Shown here: piece after piece, positions 1-16,011 of the stretch
How positions within the stretch are numbered: the first letter of the stretch is position 1
Layout of the letters: each line of letters opens with the position of its first letter
Origin: Eledone cirrhosa
Lineage: Eukaryota
Reading direction: 5' to 3'
NCBI GenBank assembly: GCA_964016885.1
Contig: OZ024754.1
Location: 4,898,001-4,962,000 of the forward strand
DNA length: 64,000 nucleotides
Program-made: the position numbers and the translations under genes
The notes under the pieces: model-generated
The model's database searches: none
Told to the model about the DNA's origin: nothing
The model's input: only the letters and a program-made list of their open reading frames with translations

Positions 1-369
1 CTTCTTACGATTTTGAGTGTATATCTGAGAGATGAGTTGTAGAAAATTTCCACTGACATCTGCAGAAACTCCTCTGTTAAATAAACAAAGTAAACGTTAG
101 CCAAACTTTTGGGATGTTTATCTTATTTCTTAGCCATACACTATGATTATAAACTCCTGTTTCCTCATCAGAACCTAACCATCTTGTACTAGTTAAACCA
201 CAATTTAATACGGTCAATGTTAAATACGACAAGACGCAGATGTCATTGATATATATAAGCTGAGGGGGGCGGAAAGATATAAAGTCGAAGGTTAAATAGT
301 TTGCCGACTACGTACTATTACTATTGCGCGTGTCCTTTGTAAAAAAACACCATTAATTCTTGGTATTAC

Positions 370-737
370 ATAACTGGTTCAATCCACTTAGTTTTATAAC
401 TGGTTCAATCCAGTTAGTTTTATAACTAGTTTAATCCAGTTGAGTTTATAACTGGTTCAATCCAGTTAGGTTTATAACTGGTTCAATCCAGTTAGTTTTA
501 TAACTGGTTCAATCCAGTTAGGTTTATAACTGGTTCAATCCAGTTAGTTTTATAACTGGTTCAATCTAGTTAAGTTTATAATTGGTTCAATCTTGTTAAG
601 TTTATAATTGGTTCAATCTAGTTAAGTTTATAATTGGTTCAATCCAGTTAAGTTTATAACTGGTTCAATCCAGTTAGGTTTATAATTGGTTCAATCTAGT
701 TAAGTTTATAACTGGTTCAATCCAGTTAGTTTTATAA
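370..737. repeat. Tandem minisatellite, 26-27 bp unit (ATAACTGGTTCAATCCAGTTAGTTTT), about 14 copies, each with an internal inverted repeat TAACTGG/CCAGTTA
   Basis: Head-to-tail near-identical units with no spacers, abutting the 3' end of the SINE at 737. Confidence 0.95.
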
Positions 738-920
738 TTGTTTCTACTTTTGACACAAGGACAGCAATTATCCCAGTGTATTACTGGTGCTTTATTTTAT
801 CGACCCCGTAAGGATGAAAGGCAAAGTTAACCTCGGCGGGATTTGAACTCAGAATGTAAAGGGCCACAACTCTATGCTGCAAAGCATGGCGTTCGACCTT
901 CTACCGATACTGCCAATCCA
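737..920 (-). mobile_element. tRNA-derived SINE, family S1
   Basis: Minus strand reads TGGATTGGCAGTATCGG (A-box-like), GAGTTCAAATCCC (B box), then GCCTTTCATCCTTACGGGGTCGATAAAATAAAG. Recurs several times in the window. Confidence 0.9.
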
Positions 921-1058
921 ATGCCAGTTAGTTTTCTAATTGACGAATAAGTTGAGCTTAATAGAGTAGATCTATGAACAAAGACGTGCCAACGGTGACC
1001 ATCCTGTCTTGCTGTTGCAACTCTTGGCTGTTCATCACAAATCACAAGAGTGTTAATA
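872..1058 (-). CDS. Candidate terminal exon of an unidentified minus-strand gene
   Basis: Acceptor GTTTGTTTTGTAG at 1059-1060. Splicing from the 1367 donor keeps the frame open (INTLVICDEQPRVATARQDGHRWHVF...), which then runs into the SINE. No recognisable homology. Confidence 0.25.
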
Positions 1059-1366
1059 CTACAAAACAAACAAAACAAAACAAAGCAAACAAAACACAAA
1101 ACAATTATAAATAAATGAATCTTTTAAAAAATGACAAAGAATCACGAGAATTTCGAAATTTTATTTTTTCACAATTTTATTAATACGAAAAAAAGTTTGG
1201 AATATTTACATATATGATAATATATTTCATAACACTTACTTACCTTCAGTAACGCAATTAATTTCGGATCAAAAATATTTAGGCTAATGCCTGACACTGT
1301 TGATTATTTAATCTTCATCGGGTTGGAACCATTTAGAACGAGGTGGAGCATAACATGACAACTTAC

Positions 1367-1556
1367 AGGTCATCGGATCCGAACTCTGGTCTCTTTGATC
1401 TCCGGACTGCCGTTTTCTTCTGGAAAATTTTGAAAGTGTGCTTCCCGCCTGAGGATGAAGCCAGTGAAGGAGGAGGAGTGGAGGATGCAGCGGGTATCGC
1501 TGGCTTATCCTCCACAGCGGCAATGATGCATTCGTCAGCTTGTCTTTGGGTCGCAG
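1367..1556 (-). CDS. Candidate coding exon, unknown product (ATQRQADECIIAAVEDKPAIPAASSTPPPSLASSSGGKHTFKIFQKKTAVRRSKRPEFGSDDL)
   Basis: GC-rich unique island with an open frame. CTCAG acceptor (1557-1558, alternative at 1571-1572) and CT|GTAAGT donor at 1361-1366. A second donor AAG|GTAAGT lies at 1238-1243. Confidence 0.4.
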
Positions 1557-1729
1557 CTGAGATATATCACCTAGACAGGGCTATAGAGTTTGCCCCTCTC
1601 CCCTTTGTTTTTCATTATTCAATTCTTTTTTTTTCTAGTTTATTATGCGAAACTTTTATATAGAATAAATAAAATGTAAAAAAAAAAATCCCTGTTTCTT
1701 GTTACAAGTAAAATAATAATAATAATAAT

Positions 1730-2165
1730 AATGGTTTCTTATATAGGCACAAGGCCAGCAATTCTAGGGGAGGGGAAAGTCCATTAAATCAGCCCCAGTG
1801 CGTGACTGGTACTTTATTTTATCGACGCTGTAAGGATCAAAGGCAAAGTTAATCTCGGCGGGATTTGAATTCAGACCGTAAAGGGCCGTAACTTTATGCT
1901 GCAAAGCATGGCGTCCGACCCTCTACTGATACTGCCAATCCACCGCCCTTTGTTACAAGTAAAATAATGAATTCTAGTATAGGCACAAGGCCAGTAATTT
2001 TAGGGGAGGGGAAAGTCGATTAAATCGACCCCAGTGCGTGACTGGTACTTTATTTTATCAACCCCGTAAGGATGAAAGGCAAAGCTAACCTCGACAGGAT
2101 TTGAACTCACATCATAAAGGGCCGTAATTCTATGCTGCAAAGCATGTTGTCCGACGCCCTACTGG
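1730..2165 (-). mobile_element. Two tandem copies of SINE family S1 (about 1730-1947 and 1970-2165)
   Basis: Both match the 737-920 copy, including the GATTTGAAYTC B-box complement and TACTTTATTTTATC. Confidence 0.9.
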
Positions 2166-2609
2166 TTTCTGATTTAGACACAAGGCACAATAATAATTAA
2201 ATAAACAAGTATTGTCATACTGGATATTGACTTGTGAATATAAATGTTTGTTCTTAAATACGAAACTGTTGTTTGTGTTAATAATATTATTTTCACTGCT
2301 GGTTCTAAATATATGGCGCCTTAAGTTCTGTGAAGAACTAAACAAAGAAATTACTTTAAAATAAAAAAATATATTTCAATATGTAAATAAAATAGGTTTT
2401 ATTTTGTGTGTGGAATATTTACTGGAGAATTAACAGACATTTACAAAAACAGTCAGGAATTCTATTGTATATTTATTACACTCTACAAATATATATATAG
2501 GAGGTCATATATATATATATACGTATATATATATATATATATAGGAGGTCATATAGGAACCAACAAGAGAGGGACTATGCCAATTGTTCTTTAACTTTAT
2601 TTAACCATG

Positions 2610-2890
2610 ATCCAGGGCTTCATTTAACCAAAAACCCGGCACAAAGCCTCATTTGTCCTAAATCCTGCAGAGGCCTTCATTTGTCCTAAATCCTGCACAG
2701 GGCTTCATTTGTCCTAAATCCTGCACAGAGCCTCATTTTTCCTAAATCCTGCACATACCCTCATTTGTCCTAAATCCTGTACATGGCCTCATTTGTCCTA
2801 AATTCTGCACAGACCCGCATTTGTCCTAAACCCTGCACAGAGCCTCATTTGTCCTAAATCCTGCACAGGGCCTCATTTGTCCTAAATCCG
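2610..2890. repeat. 28-bp minisatellite (CCTCATTTGTCCTAAATCCTGCACAGAG), about 10 copies
   Basis: Direct tandem units visible. Confidence 0.95.
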
Positions 2891-3299
2891 ACACTGGCTA
2901 AATAGCTCCAGATCTTGTGACACAATATAGCCACTGGTTCATTCCGGACTGTGCTTTAGCCATATCTAAAGATCCAACTTTTGAGGCTATTGCTACCACT
3001 TTTCTGCCTGTGTATAAGTGGTAAGTGTATTGTTGTTGATATTGTTGTCAACCACTGAAAACACTAAAAAAGGTGACGTTTGTTTCGAAAGACACCATGT
3101 TTACAGACTGTCATCGTGAGAAAAGCCAAAACTATCGTATTTTCTGCTATTTCATTAGCTTGACGAATCTATATGTTTTTTTAATTTATTTATTATCTTG
3201 TCCTTGTTATTTGTATTTATGTCATGTACATTTTCACATTCGGATATTAGATTGTGACTACGACTGTCTATGCCTTCGAGTGTATCTCTTTGTTTCATA

Positions 3300-3344
<45 letters not shown>

Positions 3345-4207
3345 TATATGTTTTATGTGTTAGGTAATTCCGAAGAAAACCAAAGGAAAAAAGAGTGCTC
3401 TATGGATAGAACAGAGCTATATATAGATATCACGGTGAATATTCCCCAAAACAACAAGAGTGGAGATAGTTTGGGATTCTGGTTCGAATTCTAGCAACAG
3501 ACTCCTCCATCTTCTCCATAAAAAATGGCGATTTGAAATGAACGGATGACATTCATGATGGCTTTGGTAAACTTGGATTATGAACATATTTTACTGGATT
3601 AATGGATTAATTTTTTAAATCTATTTTTGGTTTATTTTGCCAAGAAGTGGCTTTAGAACATCGGGACATCTTTTCCAAATACCTGGGATAAATATAAAGA
3701 CTGTCTCTTAGACATTTGATTTTGATGTCTGGGGTTACAATAGACAGTGTTTAACATATAATTGGTTTTGTAGTCGCTGCAGCTGTGTGCTGTTTAAGAC
3801 AGAGTTATGCAAGGAAGAACAAGATGGAAAGGAAACGAAGTGAGGCCGAGTAGATTTGAGATAAGAATAAATGTGAGGTAAGAATGGTTGATTAAAATGA
3901 CCTGAAAGAAAATTAGAAACCTGTTTTAAAAAAGGCATACGTCTTACGTTTTATTGTTCGTTTAGGTAAGGAGTTTAGTAAGATAGAATTGTGTGCACTC
4001 TTTTACTCTTTTACCTGTTCCAGCCATCCGGCCAAGGCCATGCTGGGACACCGTCCTTCATAATATGTAAATGGAAATCTATCTACGAGAGGGGTTGAGG
4101 AAAAGAACGAGGGACTCCAGAGATTCAGCTTCGAAACAAAACGTATATGTAAGTGTTGAATATTCGAAAATTGGTTTTAAGAAAGATAAACAAGCATAAA
4201 AAAGAGA

Positions 4208-4279
<72 letters not shown>

Positions 4280-4351
4280 AGAAACAACATATATATTGTT
4301 TCTCTTTTTTTAAAGTTTGTTTATCCGTCATTCTTTCTCTCTCTCTCTCCA

Positions 4352-4462
<111 letters not shown>

Positions 4463-4534
4463 ACATATATACCTATATATAAATACTATATATATAATAT
4501 ATATGCGATTCTTTGCTTAAACTTTAATCTGCTA

Positions 4535-4570
<36 letters not shown>

Positions 4571-4645
4571 ACCCCACTCTCAAGAGCGTGAAACTAATAA
4601 ACCTTGGTTCGTACTGCCTCTCTGTTTTGTTCCCGTTCAATTTTT

Positions 4646-4685
<40 letters not shown>

Positions 4686-4892
4686 ACATACATATATACG
4701 AGTGTCTGTGCCCTATGTGCGTGAAATTAGATTAGTGTCATTCCAATGTTTATTGTAGTTAATTAATTCATTAATTAACATACGTTTAAATTATTATTAG
4801 AAGTGGAAATGACCACAACTGGGAGCCAACTTCGTCATCCTAGGATTAATGAGGCGACGACCTAATTAATAGATGTGTGAGTGTCGTACTTC

Positions 4893-6070
<1,178 letters not shown>

Positions 6071-6522
6071 ATTTCGGCTTTGGAATTAGCGAAAGACAAC
6101 TTCCGAGATGTGTGGCAAGCGCTCAATAATTCTGACGAACCAGAGCTACAACATACGTTAAAGGCCAAACACACTGAGACGATGGTTAAACCGTCATCCG
6201 CACAACCATAGAAACGACCAAGTAATTCGGGTCAAACAAATAAAAAAAATAAGTGTGTACGAGAGGAGGATGAAACGTTCATGTACTTAGTATGAAGGAG
6301 TGATGCTAGAGCTGTGAAACCTTGCATGCATTAATTTCAACTCTTATTAATAACAACATTGTTTCTTTCTAGGGACTATATTGAAAAATAAACCCCATTT
6401 GGTCATTCCACGCGAGTATCTTGGTCAGACTATGAACCTTTTAGTCGAGCATCACCACATCAGTAAGTGTTCGTTTTCATTCTATAAAGCTAACATTAGT
6501 GTCTATATGTTTAAATATATAT

Positions 6523-6808
6523 AATATTGAAATGGCGTCTACAGGACTAGAACTGTTTCATTCGGGAGAAATCATCGGGTTTTCCTGATGATTTCTCCCG
6601 AATGAAACAGTTCTAGTCCTGTAGAAGCCATTTCTATATTAAATATTTATACTCTGCTATGTATTGAGTACCTTACTTACTGTGGTTACTCCCGATTGAA
6701 CCCGGGGAATAAACTTATATATATATATATATAAGTTTATTCCCCGGGTTCAATCGGGAGTAACCACAGTAAGTAAGGTACTCAATACATAGCAGAGTAT
6801 AAAAGTTT
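6523..6808. mobile_element. Family A hammerhead-bearing fold-back element: inverted ribozyme copy, ribozyme plus tail, (TA)n, inverted tail
   Basis: CTGATGA (6585) TTTC TCCC GAAT GAAA CAG TTCTAGTC CTG TA GAAG, with an inverted copy at 6538-6578. Perfect palindrome at 6646-6803. Confidence 0.85.
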
Positions 6809-6825
6809 TAATCTATATATATATT

Positions 6826-6910
<85 letters not shown>

Positions 6911-6979
6911 ACATACACAGACATATAGCCACAAACACGTATATGCACCAGAACGCTGGCGGACAGAGAGACAATGCAT

Positions 6980-7310
6980 TGCAGCAGGCAGACAGACAGA
7001 CAGAAAGACAATTGCAAGCCGCAGACAGTCAGGCAGACAGAGAGACAATTGTAAGCCGCAGACAGTCAGACAGAGAGAGAGACACTGTAAACCACAGGCA
7101 GACAGTCAGACAGACAGAGAGACAATTGCAAGCCGCAGACAGTCAGACAGACAGAGAGACAACTGTAAGCCACAGGCAGACAGTCAGACAGACAGAGAGA
7201 CAATTGCAAGCCGCAGACAGTCAGACAGACAGAGAGACAATTGCAAGCCGCAGACAGTCAGACAGACAGAGAGATAATTGCAAGCCACAGGCAGTCAGGC
7301 GGACAGAGAG
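6980..7310. repeat. About 37-41 bp minisatellite built on (GACA)n (GCAGACAGTCAGACAGACAGAGAGACAATTGCAAGCC)
   Basis: Tandem units visible. Confidence 0.9.
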
Positions 7311-7913
7311 ACTTAGCAAGCTACTGGCAGACAGGCAGACAGAAAGACAATGTAGGTAGCAGGCAGTCAGGCTGACTGATAAGCAATGAAGAGAAAGAGA
7401 AAACAGGCAGACGACACGTTTTCAAACCGATTTTTGGCTGCAGAATGGAATGAATTTATAAAAGACAGTGAGGAGTATTAAAGTCAGATTTCAAATGTCA
7501 AAATCGCCAGTTCCTTTGGAAGGAATTCTAACATGAGATTTAATAAATTCCACTTCTTTTCCATCGTATTTAGACTTTATTTTTATATTCTTTACAAAAA
7601 TAAAAATTAAAAAGAAAATGTAGGGATTTTACAATGAAAAAGCAAACGTGAAAAATATCAGACGATAGGAATTATTTTTATATTATTTTACTAATTTTAC
7701 CATTTTATAATCTTTTAGGCGAATTTTCTTTAAAAATCCACAGAATAAATACGTCATTGCTTCTTTCATTGAAAATGTAATTCTTCCCGTAATGCTGATG
7801 TCTGTTCTGACATTCTACCTTTCTTTCTCTTTCACTCATCTCATTGCAGCTCTTTTAGAATCTATAACCCCCCCTCCCCCTTCTCAATCTGGTTGTATCT
7901 CTCTCTCTCTCTC

Positions 7914-7986
<73 letters not shown>

Positions 7987-8205
7987 ATGTGTCGGTGTGT
8001 ATATGTATGTATTTATGCATATATATATATATGTGTGTGTATGCATGTATATATATTATGTATATATATATATATGTATGTATATATATATATCTATGTA
8101 TATATATGTATGTATATATATATATATGTGTGTGTGTGTGTGCATGCATATATATATATATGTGTGTATGTATATGTATATGTATATATATGGATATATA
8201 TATAT

Positions 8206-8265
<60 letters not shown>

Positions 8266-8788
8266 ATCCACATATTATCAGTCTTTTACACACAATGCTG
8301 TGTCCCTCTATCGCCACCACACCAAACAACCCCTCTCAGTTACTCTTTCACCATCTCTCTCTCTCACTCTCTCTCTCCATCTTGCTCTTTCTATCTCAAT
8401 TTGTCAGACCTTCTAACACCCTCACCCCCACCCCAGACAACATGTCTGTCTATTACTCCCCTCCCACTCCAACATAACCCCCACATCATCTCTTTCTCTA
8501 CCGCACGGCAATCATTTTAACTCAGTCAAATAGACAGACAGACAGACATACAGAGAGACAGACAGACATACAGAGAGACAGACAGACAGACAGACAGAGA
8601 GACAGACAGACAGACAGACATACAGAGAGACAGACAGACAGACAAATATGGAAAGACGTGCAAAATATTATTACATGTATAAATACCTAGTTACACACCG
8701 CCAATATGTGTGTGTTAGTATATACATACACATACACACACACACATATATGATTGTATGTGAATGTATATATACATACACATACAAT

Positions 8789-8849
<61 letters not shown>

Positions 8850-8982
8850 GTATATATATGTATATGTATGTATATATATATGTATATATATGTATATGTA
8901 TGTATATATATATGTATATGTATGTATATATGTATGTATATATATATGTATATGTATGTATATATGTATGTATATATTTATT

Positions 8983-9014
<32 letters not shown>

Positions 9015-9045
9015 ATATATGCATGTATGTATATATATATGTATG

Positions 9046-9079
<34 letters not shown>

Positions 9080-9082
9080 GTC

Positions 9083-9214
<132 letters not shown>

Positions 9215-9242
9215 GTTTATATATATATATATATATATAGTC

Positions 9243-9282
<40 letters not shown>

Positions 9283-9283
9283 G

Positions 9284-9506
<223 letters not shown>

Positions 9507-9521
9507 GTTTATATATATAGT

Positions 9522-9750
9522 CGTTTTGGAAGCCTGAACAATGCAGATGGGTAAATCTCCAGGAAACAGAATCAGGTGGTATTGAGAGAGAGAGAGAGAA
9601 ATAATGTAAGAGGAAGTGTAGAAAGAGACGTAGACGGCGTAAAAGAACGTAGGAAAAGTGTAAAAATAATAACACGAGATAGGGTTACCTTGGAAATGAT
9701 TTAGTAGTCCTTATATTTCGGATTTTACATTCATCAACTGCGGGGTTTTC
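9522..9750 (-). mobile_element. Dispersed repeat with a diverged inverted partner at about 12685-12893
   Basis: AACAATGCAGATGGGTAAATCTCC matches the reverse complement GGAGATTTACCCATCTGCATTGTT. Flanking blocks also align. Confidence 0.75.
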
Positions 9751-10074
9751 CAAGGGGAAAAAGGTTGTGCCGGAAGAGGACAACACGTGGCCTTCGCTTT
9801 TTAACGTGTGCGTACAACTGACAAACTCTATGGGTATATGAACGAAAAGAAGGCCAAACGAAAAACGATTTTTTTTTAAAGAATTGTTTTTTAAAAAACT
9901 AAAAATACAAACGAAAGACACAGAACTCCAGGGTGATCGGCCGTTGAGATGGACTTTGGCAGTTTCAATCCCTATATATATATAACGTTAAGACGCTCTT
10001 CCTGCTATATCAAGCGTTAAACTAATATATCCCTTCCATATACTGTACCGATTGTGTTGTTATTTCTGTTTACC

Positions 10075-10118
<44 letters not shown>

Positions 10119-10119
10119 C

Positions 10120-10345
10120 CAGGGAGTGTAACGCGGAGTTGCTGTAGGTTCACCCACGTGAGCACTCGACGTTTAGGTTCACCTCAGTATCAAAGTGTAG
10201 AGCTAGACAGAGTGTAATATAATAATACAAGGATGAATGGGTACTCCTTCATTACATTTATTGGTTGGTGACACGCGTTTCGCTACTGATCAGCTCAGGG
10301 TTCGATCTGTATCGATCTAGCCCGAATCAAAAGCTCGTCGGACCT
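10120..10345 (-). mobile_element. Family C element with long-stem-II hammerhead (10267-10344), AATAAA and GTCGAGTGCT tail motif
   Basis: Minus strand: GGT CCGACGA GCTTTTGAT...ATCAGTAGC GAAA CGCGTG TC ACC. Homologous to 24610-24835. Confidence 0.7.
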
Positions 10346-10689
10346 CTGTGGTAGAACGAAATCCTGTTGATGAAATGAATCCTCTGTTCGATCATGAATA
10401 CCACGAGCTTGCCAGCTACGTAAGTCTGATATTTGATTTCGGATTCATAGAAACACTTTAAACGTATAACGTTTGATTTGTCCAGGTTCTTTTTTCTCAA
10501 CCTGTTAGTTCTTTCGTTACTTTGGTATTGTGTGTTAGATTTTGCCTGCCACAATGTTGAATTTGTCAAGCTATTTAAACGTATGTTATTACTCTAAGGA
10601 CTTACCTTGTCGAGTGCTTTGCTAACTCATTCATATAGTAGGTCGAATTTGCTTGCACACCGCCAAAGATTCGATTTTACTAAGCCTCC

Positions 10690-10726
<37 letters not shown>

Positions 10727-10735
10727 CAAGCATAC

Positions 10736-10809
<74 letters not shown>

Positions 10810-10844
10810 GTGCTTTTTCTCAAAGTCTTCTTTCCGTCCTTTTC

Positions 10845-10880
10845 TTCTCTGATGAAGGAATAGTGTCCGAAACGTAAAGC
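10845..10880 (+). ncRNA. Minimal Penelope-type hammerhead motif, family F (degenerate stem I)
   Basis: CTGATGA AGGA ATAGTG TCC GAAA CG TA. Related to 22631-22666. Confidence 0.55.
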
Positions 10881-10995
10881 CTCTTTTCCTACTACATCAT
10901 GCGTTTTGAACTGCGTTGTTTGTTTTGTTGTTTCCGTTTACCTTTAGCATATACATATCTATGTGTGTATATATATACACACACACACACATATT

Positions 10996-11077
<82 letters not shown>

Positions 11078-11252
11078 CTAGCCGTCTGACAACCTGTCAG
11101 CCTGTCAACGTATTATTGTGTCTGTCTCCCTGTCTGTCAATGTGATCAACTCTCAATATATTTACGACTGTCAAATCTTTTTATAATTAATTGTTAGACT
11201 GTGAATCTAACCTCAATAAATATTTAGGTTATTTATGTAAGGGTGACGTCCA

Positions 11253-11315
<63 letters not shown>

Positions 11316-11458
11316 CATATATACATAGAGCAAGCGGGTGTGGGGTTGTGAGTGGGTGTGTATAGAAAACAGCATAAACAAACACACACACACATATATA
11401 TATATGAATCTGCATACATATATATATATATATATACATATATATATACATAGAACTC

Positions 11459-11564
<106 letters not shown>

Positions 11565-11835
11565 ATATATAATATATATAATACTAGTGAATGTACTCTT
11601 ATTTTTCTTCTATTCATCTTTTGTTTGATATATACATGTGTTCCTGTGTTTCTATTTTAAATATTTAAAATATTTAAAAATGCAATCGTTTTCACAATGG
11701 CGGCAGTGGAGAGGTTTTAGCGACACGAATTGACATCAAAAAAAATATTGCCTCTATAGAAACTAGAAACCTGACAATATGTAAGTGTGTCTCTTCCAGG
11801 GAGTGGAGGAAAGGAGAGGAGAAGAGAAAAATCCA

Positions 11836-11866
<31 letters not shown>

Positions 11867-11896
11867 GTATATATATATATATGTATATATATATAT

Positions 11897-11983
<87 letters not shown>

Positions 11984-12070
11984 TATATATATATATGTAT
12001 ATATATATGTATGTGTGTATATATATGTGTATGTATGTATGTGTATATATATATAAATATATATATTTTA

Positions 12071-12107
<37 letters not shown>

Positions 12108-12148
12108 TATATATATATACATATATATATAGATATATATATATATAC

Positions 12149-12193
<45 letters not shown>

Positions 12194-12326
12194 CATATAT
12201 ATATAGATATATATATATATACATATATATATATATGTATATATATATATGTATATATATATGTGTATATATATATATATATATATGTATGCATATATAT
12301 GTATATGTACATATATATATATACAC

Positions 12327-12387
<61 letters not shown>

Positions 12388-12422
12388 TATACATATACAT
12401 ATATATATATATATATATATAC

Positions 12423-12455
<33 letters not shown>

Positions 12456-13080
12456 CATATATATACATATATATATACATATATATATATGAGTCCAGAA
12501 ATAGCCGTCGAAACGGCTTGAGCTCTGCTGTCGGGGTCTAACATTTTTCTCTGTATATATATATATGTATGGATCTTTTAGCTGGAGCAGTGCCATTCAT
12601 ATATAGGTTTTCCGGGGGGGGGGGGGGGAGTTATCTGTCGGAGAGGAACGGTACGTGGGCCTCTGTTGTCCGCTGTTTGCATGTAAAACCCCCTAGTTGA
12701 TGGATGCGAATCCGATATATAGGGACAATTAAATCTCTCTCAAGGTAACTCTATCTCGTGTAATTATTTTTATTTTTTACACTCTTTCCTACGTTCCCTA
12801 CACACTATACATCTCATTCTATATTTCCTCTTCACCAGAAGATTCTGTTACCCGGAGATTTACCCATCTGCATTGTTGAGGCTTCCAAAACGCCCCAAAT
12901 TTTTTTTATTATTCCATAATGCTTCAAGCAAACTTCAATACTCTCTTATATATATATAATTTGTCTGCCTTTCCAAATTTGCACTATATATATATATAAA
13001 TGACAATGCTCCAGCTGAAAGATCCATATATATATATATAGAGAGAGAGAGAAATGTTTAACCCCGACGGCAGAGCTCAA

Positions 13081-13121
<41 letters not shown>

Positions 13122-13602
13122 TTGCGAGAGTGTGTGTCTGTATGTGTGTGTGTATGTGGTGGATGTGTGTGTGTTTGAGTGTGTGTTTATACATTTATTA
13201 AAGAAGTTTTTAGCCGAAAGCCCTCGGTATATATCTATTTATGTATAAAAGATCCACTCCTACGGCATTTTCTAAAAATGTTCCATTAAACTTCGATCGA
13301 CTCAGGCTATTAGAGTTTTCTCCCTTGCTTCCCAGTGTCTCAACACTTCAATACTTCAGTACTTACTACCTTGAAATTGCAACGATAGTCTCAGATGTTT
13401 GAATTTATTTTTCCGAATCGCCATTTATATATATATATACATACATATACATATACGCACGCGCGCGCGCCTTTTGTGTGTGTATGTGTGTGGCTGTTGT
13501 GTGTGTGTGTGTGTGGCTGTTGTGTGTGTGTGTGGCTGTTGTGTGTGTGTGTGTGTGTGTGTGTGGTTGTTGTGTGTGTGTGTGTGTGTGTGTGTGTGGC
13601 TG

Positions 13603-13640
<38 letters not shown>

Positions 13641-14430
13641 CTGTTGTGTGTGTGTGTGTGGCTGTTGTGTGTGTGTGGCTGTTGTGTGTGTGGCTGTTTG
13701 TGTGGCTGTTGTGTGTGTGTGTGTGGCTGTTGTGTGTGTATGGCTGTTGTGTGTGTGGCTGTGTGTGTGGCTGTTTGTGTGTGTGTGGCTGTTGTGTGTA
13801 TGTTGCACTTGTATACAAACATTCATATAAACACATACACATGCATATATACACGTACACGCATATCGTGCGTGTCCATGCGTATATGAAATAAGCGAAA
13901 GTGGGAGATTGAGAGAGAGAGAGAAAGAGAGAGAGTAACAGAGAGAGGTGGGGGGGGGGGTGAGAGAGAGACAGAGAAAGTGAGAGAGTGAGAAAGAGTG
14001 GAAGTTATAGAAAGAGAGAGAGAGAGACGGGAAGATGTATAAAAGAGATAAAGAGAGAGACAGGGAGATACATAAAACAGATAGAGAAAGAGAGAGAGGG
14101 GGAAGAGGAAGATATATAAAAGAGATAAAGAGAGAGAGAGAAGATATATAAAACAGATAGATAGATAGATAGAGAGAGAGAGGGGCAGAGGATATACAAA
14201 ACAGATAGATAGATAGAGAGAGGGGATATATAAAACAGATAGGGAGCGAGAGAGGAAGCTATATAAAGAGAGAGATAGAGAGATATAGAGAGAGATAGGA
14301 AGTTATATAAATAGAGATAGAGAGAGATAGGAAGTTATATAAAGAGAGAGAGAGAGAGAGGGGGGAAGTTATAAATAGAGAGAGAGAGAGAGAGAGGAAG
14401 TAATATAAAGAGAGAGAGGTAGAGAGAGAT

Positions 14431-14473
<43 letters not shown>

Positions 14474-14979
14474 GTTATATAGAGATAGAGTGAGAGAGGA
14501 AGTTATATAGAGATAGAGAGAGAGAGGAAGTTATATAAAGAGAGATAGAGAGAGAGAGAGAGAGAGGAAGTTATATAAAGAGAGATCGAGAGAGAGAGAG
14601 AGAGGAAGTTATATAAAGAGAGATAGATAGATAGAGATAGAGAGAGAGAGGGGGGGAAGTTATAAAAAGAGAGATAGATAGAGTAGAGAGAGAGAGAGGA
14701 AGTTATATAAAGAGAGATAGAGAGAGTAGAGAGAGAGAGTGGTGATAAATACTAGAATTACGATATGTTGATAGCAGTAGCATTAGCAGACGATAGAGAT
14801 ATTGGAAGGTTGTGGACGACGATATGAGAATGGTAAATAATGGAGGAACTACTAATTACGTAATAAAACAACCAGACGATATGTTTTGGTGGGGATATAT
14901 CTGTGTTTGGTGTGGGTTTTAGTGTGTTGGTGTGTGGGAGGGAGGGAGGGAGAGGGTGAGGGAGAGAGAGACCTAGAGA

Positions 14980-15075
<96 letters not shown>

Positions 15076-15229
15076 GGGAGAGAGAGAGAGATAGAGTGTG
15101 TGTGTGTGAGAGAGAGACAGAGACCTAGGGACCGAGAGAGAGAAGGAGATAGATAGATAGATAGATATAGAGAGGTAGAGAGAGTGTGTGTGTGAGAGAG
15201 AGAGACAGAGTGTGTGTGGGTGAGAGAGA

Positions 15230-15261
<32 letters not shown>

Positions 15262-15402
15262 GTGTGTGTATGTGTGTGTGAGAGTGGGAGAGATAGACAG
15301 AGACCGAGAGAGAGAAAGATATAGATAGATAGATAGATAGATATAGACAGGTAGAGAGAGAGTGTGTGAGAGAGAGAGAGAGAGTGCGTGTGTGTGTGAG
15401 AG

Positions 15403-15444
<42 letters not shown>

Positions 15445-15807
15445 TGTGTGTGTGTGGGTGAGAGAGAGAGAGAGTGTGTGTATGTGTGTGTGAGAGTGGG
15501 AGAGATAGACAGAGACCGAGAGAGAGAAAGATATAGATAGATAGATAGATATAGACAGGTAGAGAGAGAGTGTGTGAGAGAGAGAGAGAGTGCGTGTGTG
15601 TGTGTGTGAGAGAGAGAGAGAGTGTGTGTGTGTGAGAGAGGGAGAGAGTGTATGTGCGTGTGTGTGTGTGTGTATGTGTGAGAGAGAGGGAGAAAGTGTG
15701 TGTGTGTGTGTGTAAGTGTGTGAGAGTGAGAGAATGCTATCCGTGTACGAAAACTCCTTAGGTGTGTTTTTGACAGTTGTGGTATGTCATTCATACATAT
15801 AAACACT

Positions 15808-15868
<61 letters not shown>

Positions 15869-15964
15869 GAGAGAGACATATATATATGTTTGTGTATGTG
15901 TGTGTAACTAACAAGACTTAGTGCTTTTTGTATCTCTGTGTTTGTACTGTTGATTCATGAACTT

Positions 15965-16010
<46 letters not shown>

Positions 16011-16011
<1 letters not shown>

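Noticed and set aside
370-737. CRISPR-like palindromic repeat
   Set aside because: No unique spacers, no cas genes, and the context is eukaryotic.
6128-6230. CTGACGA...ATGGTT/AACCAT..GAAAC..GTA hammerhead candidate
   Set aside because: The core halves and stems cannot be assembled consistently. It may be a decayed element, so it was not called.
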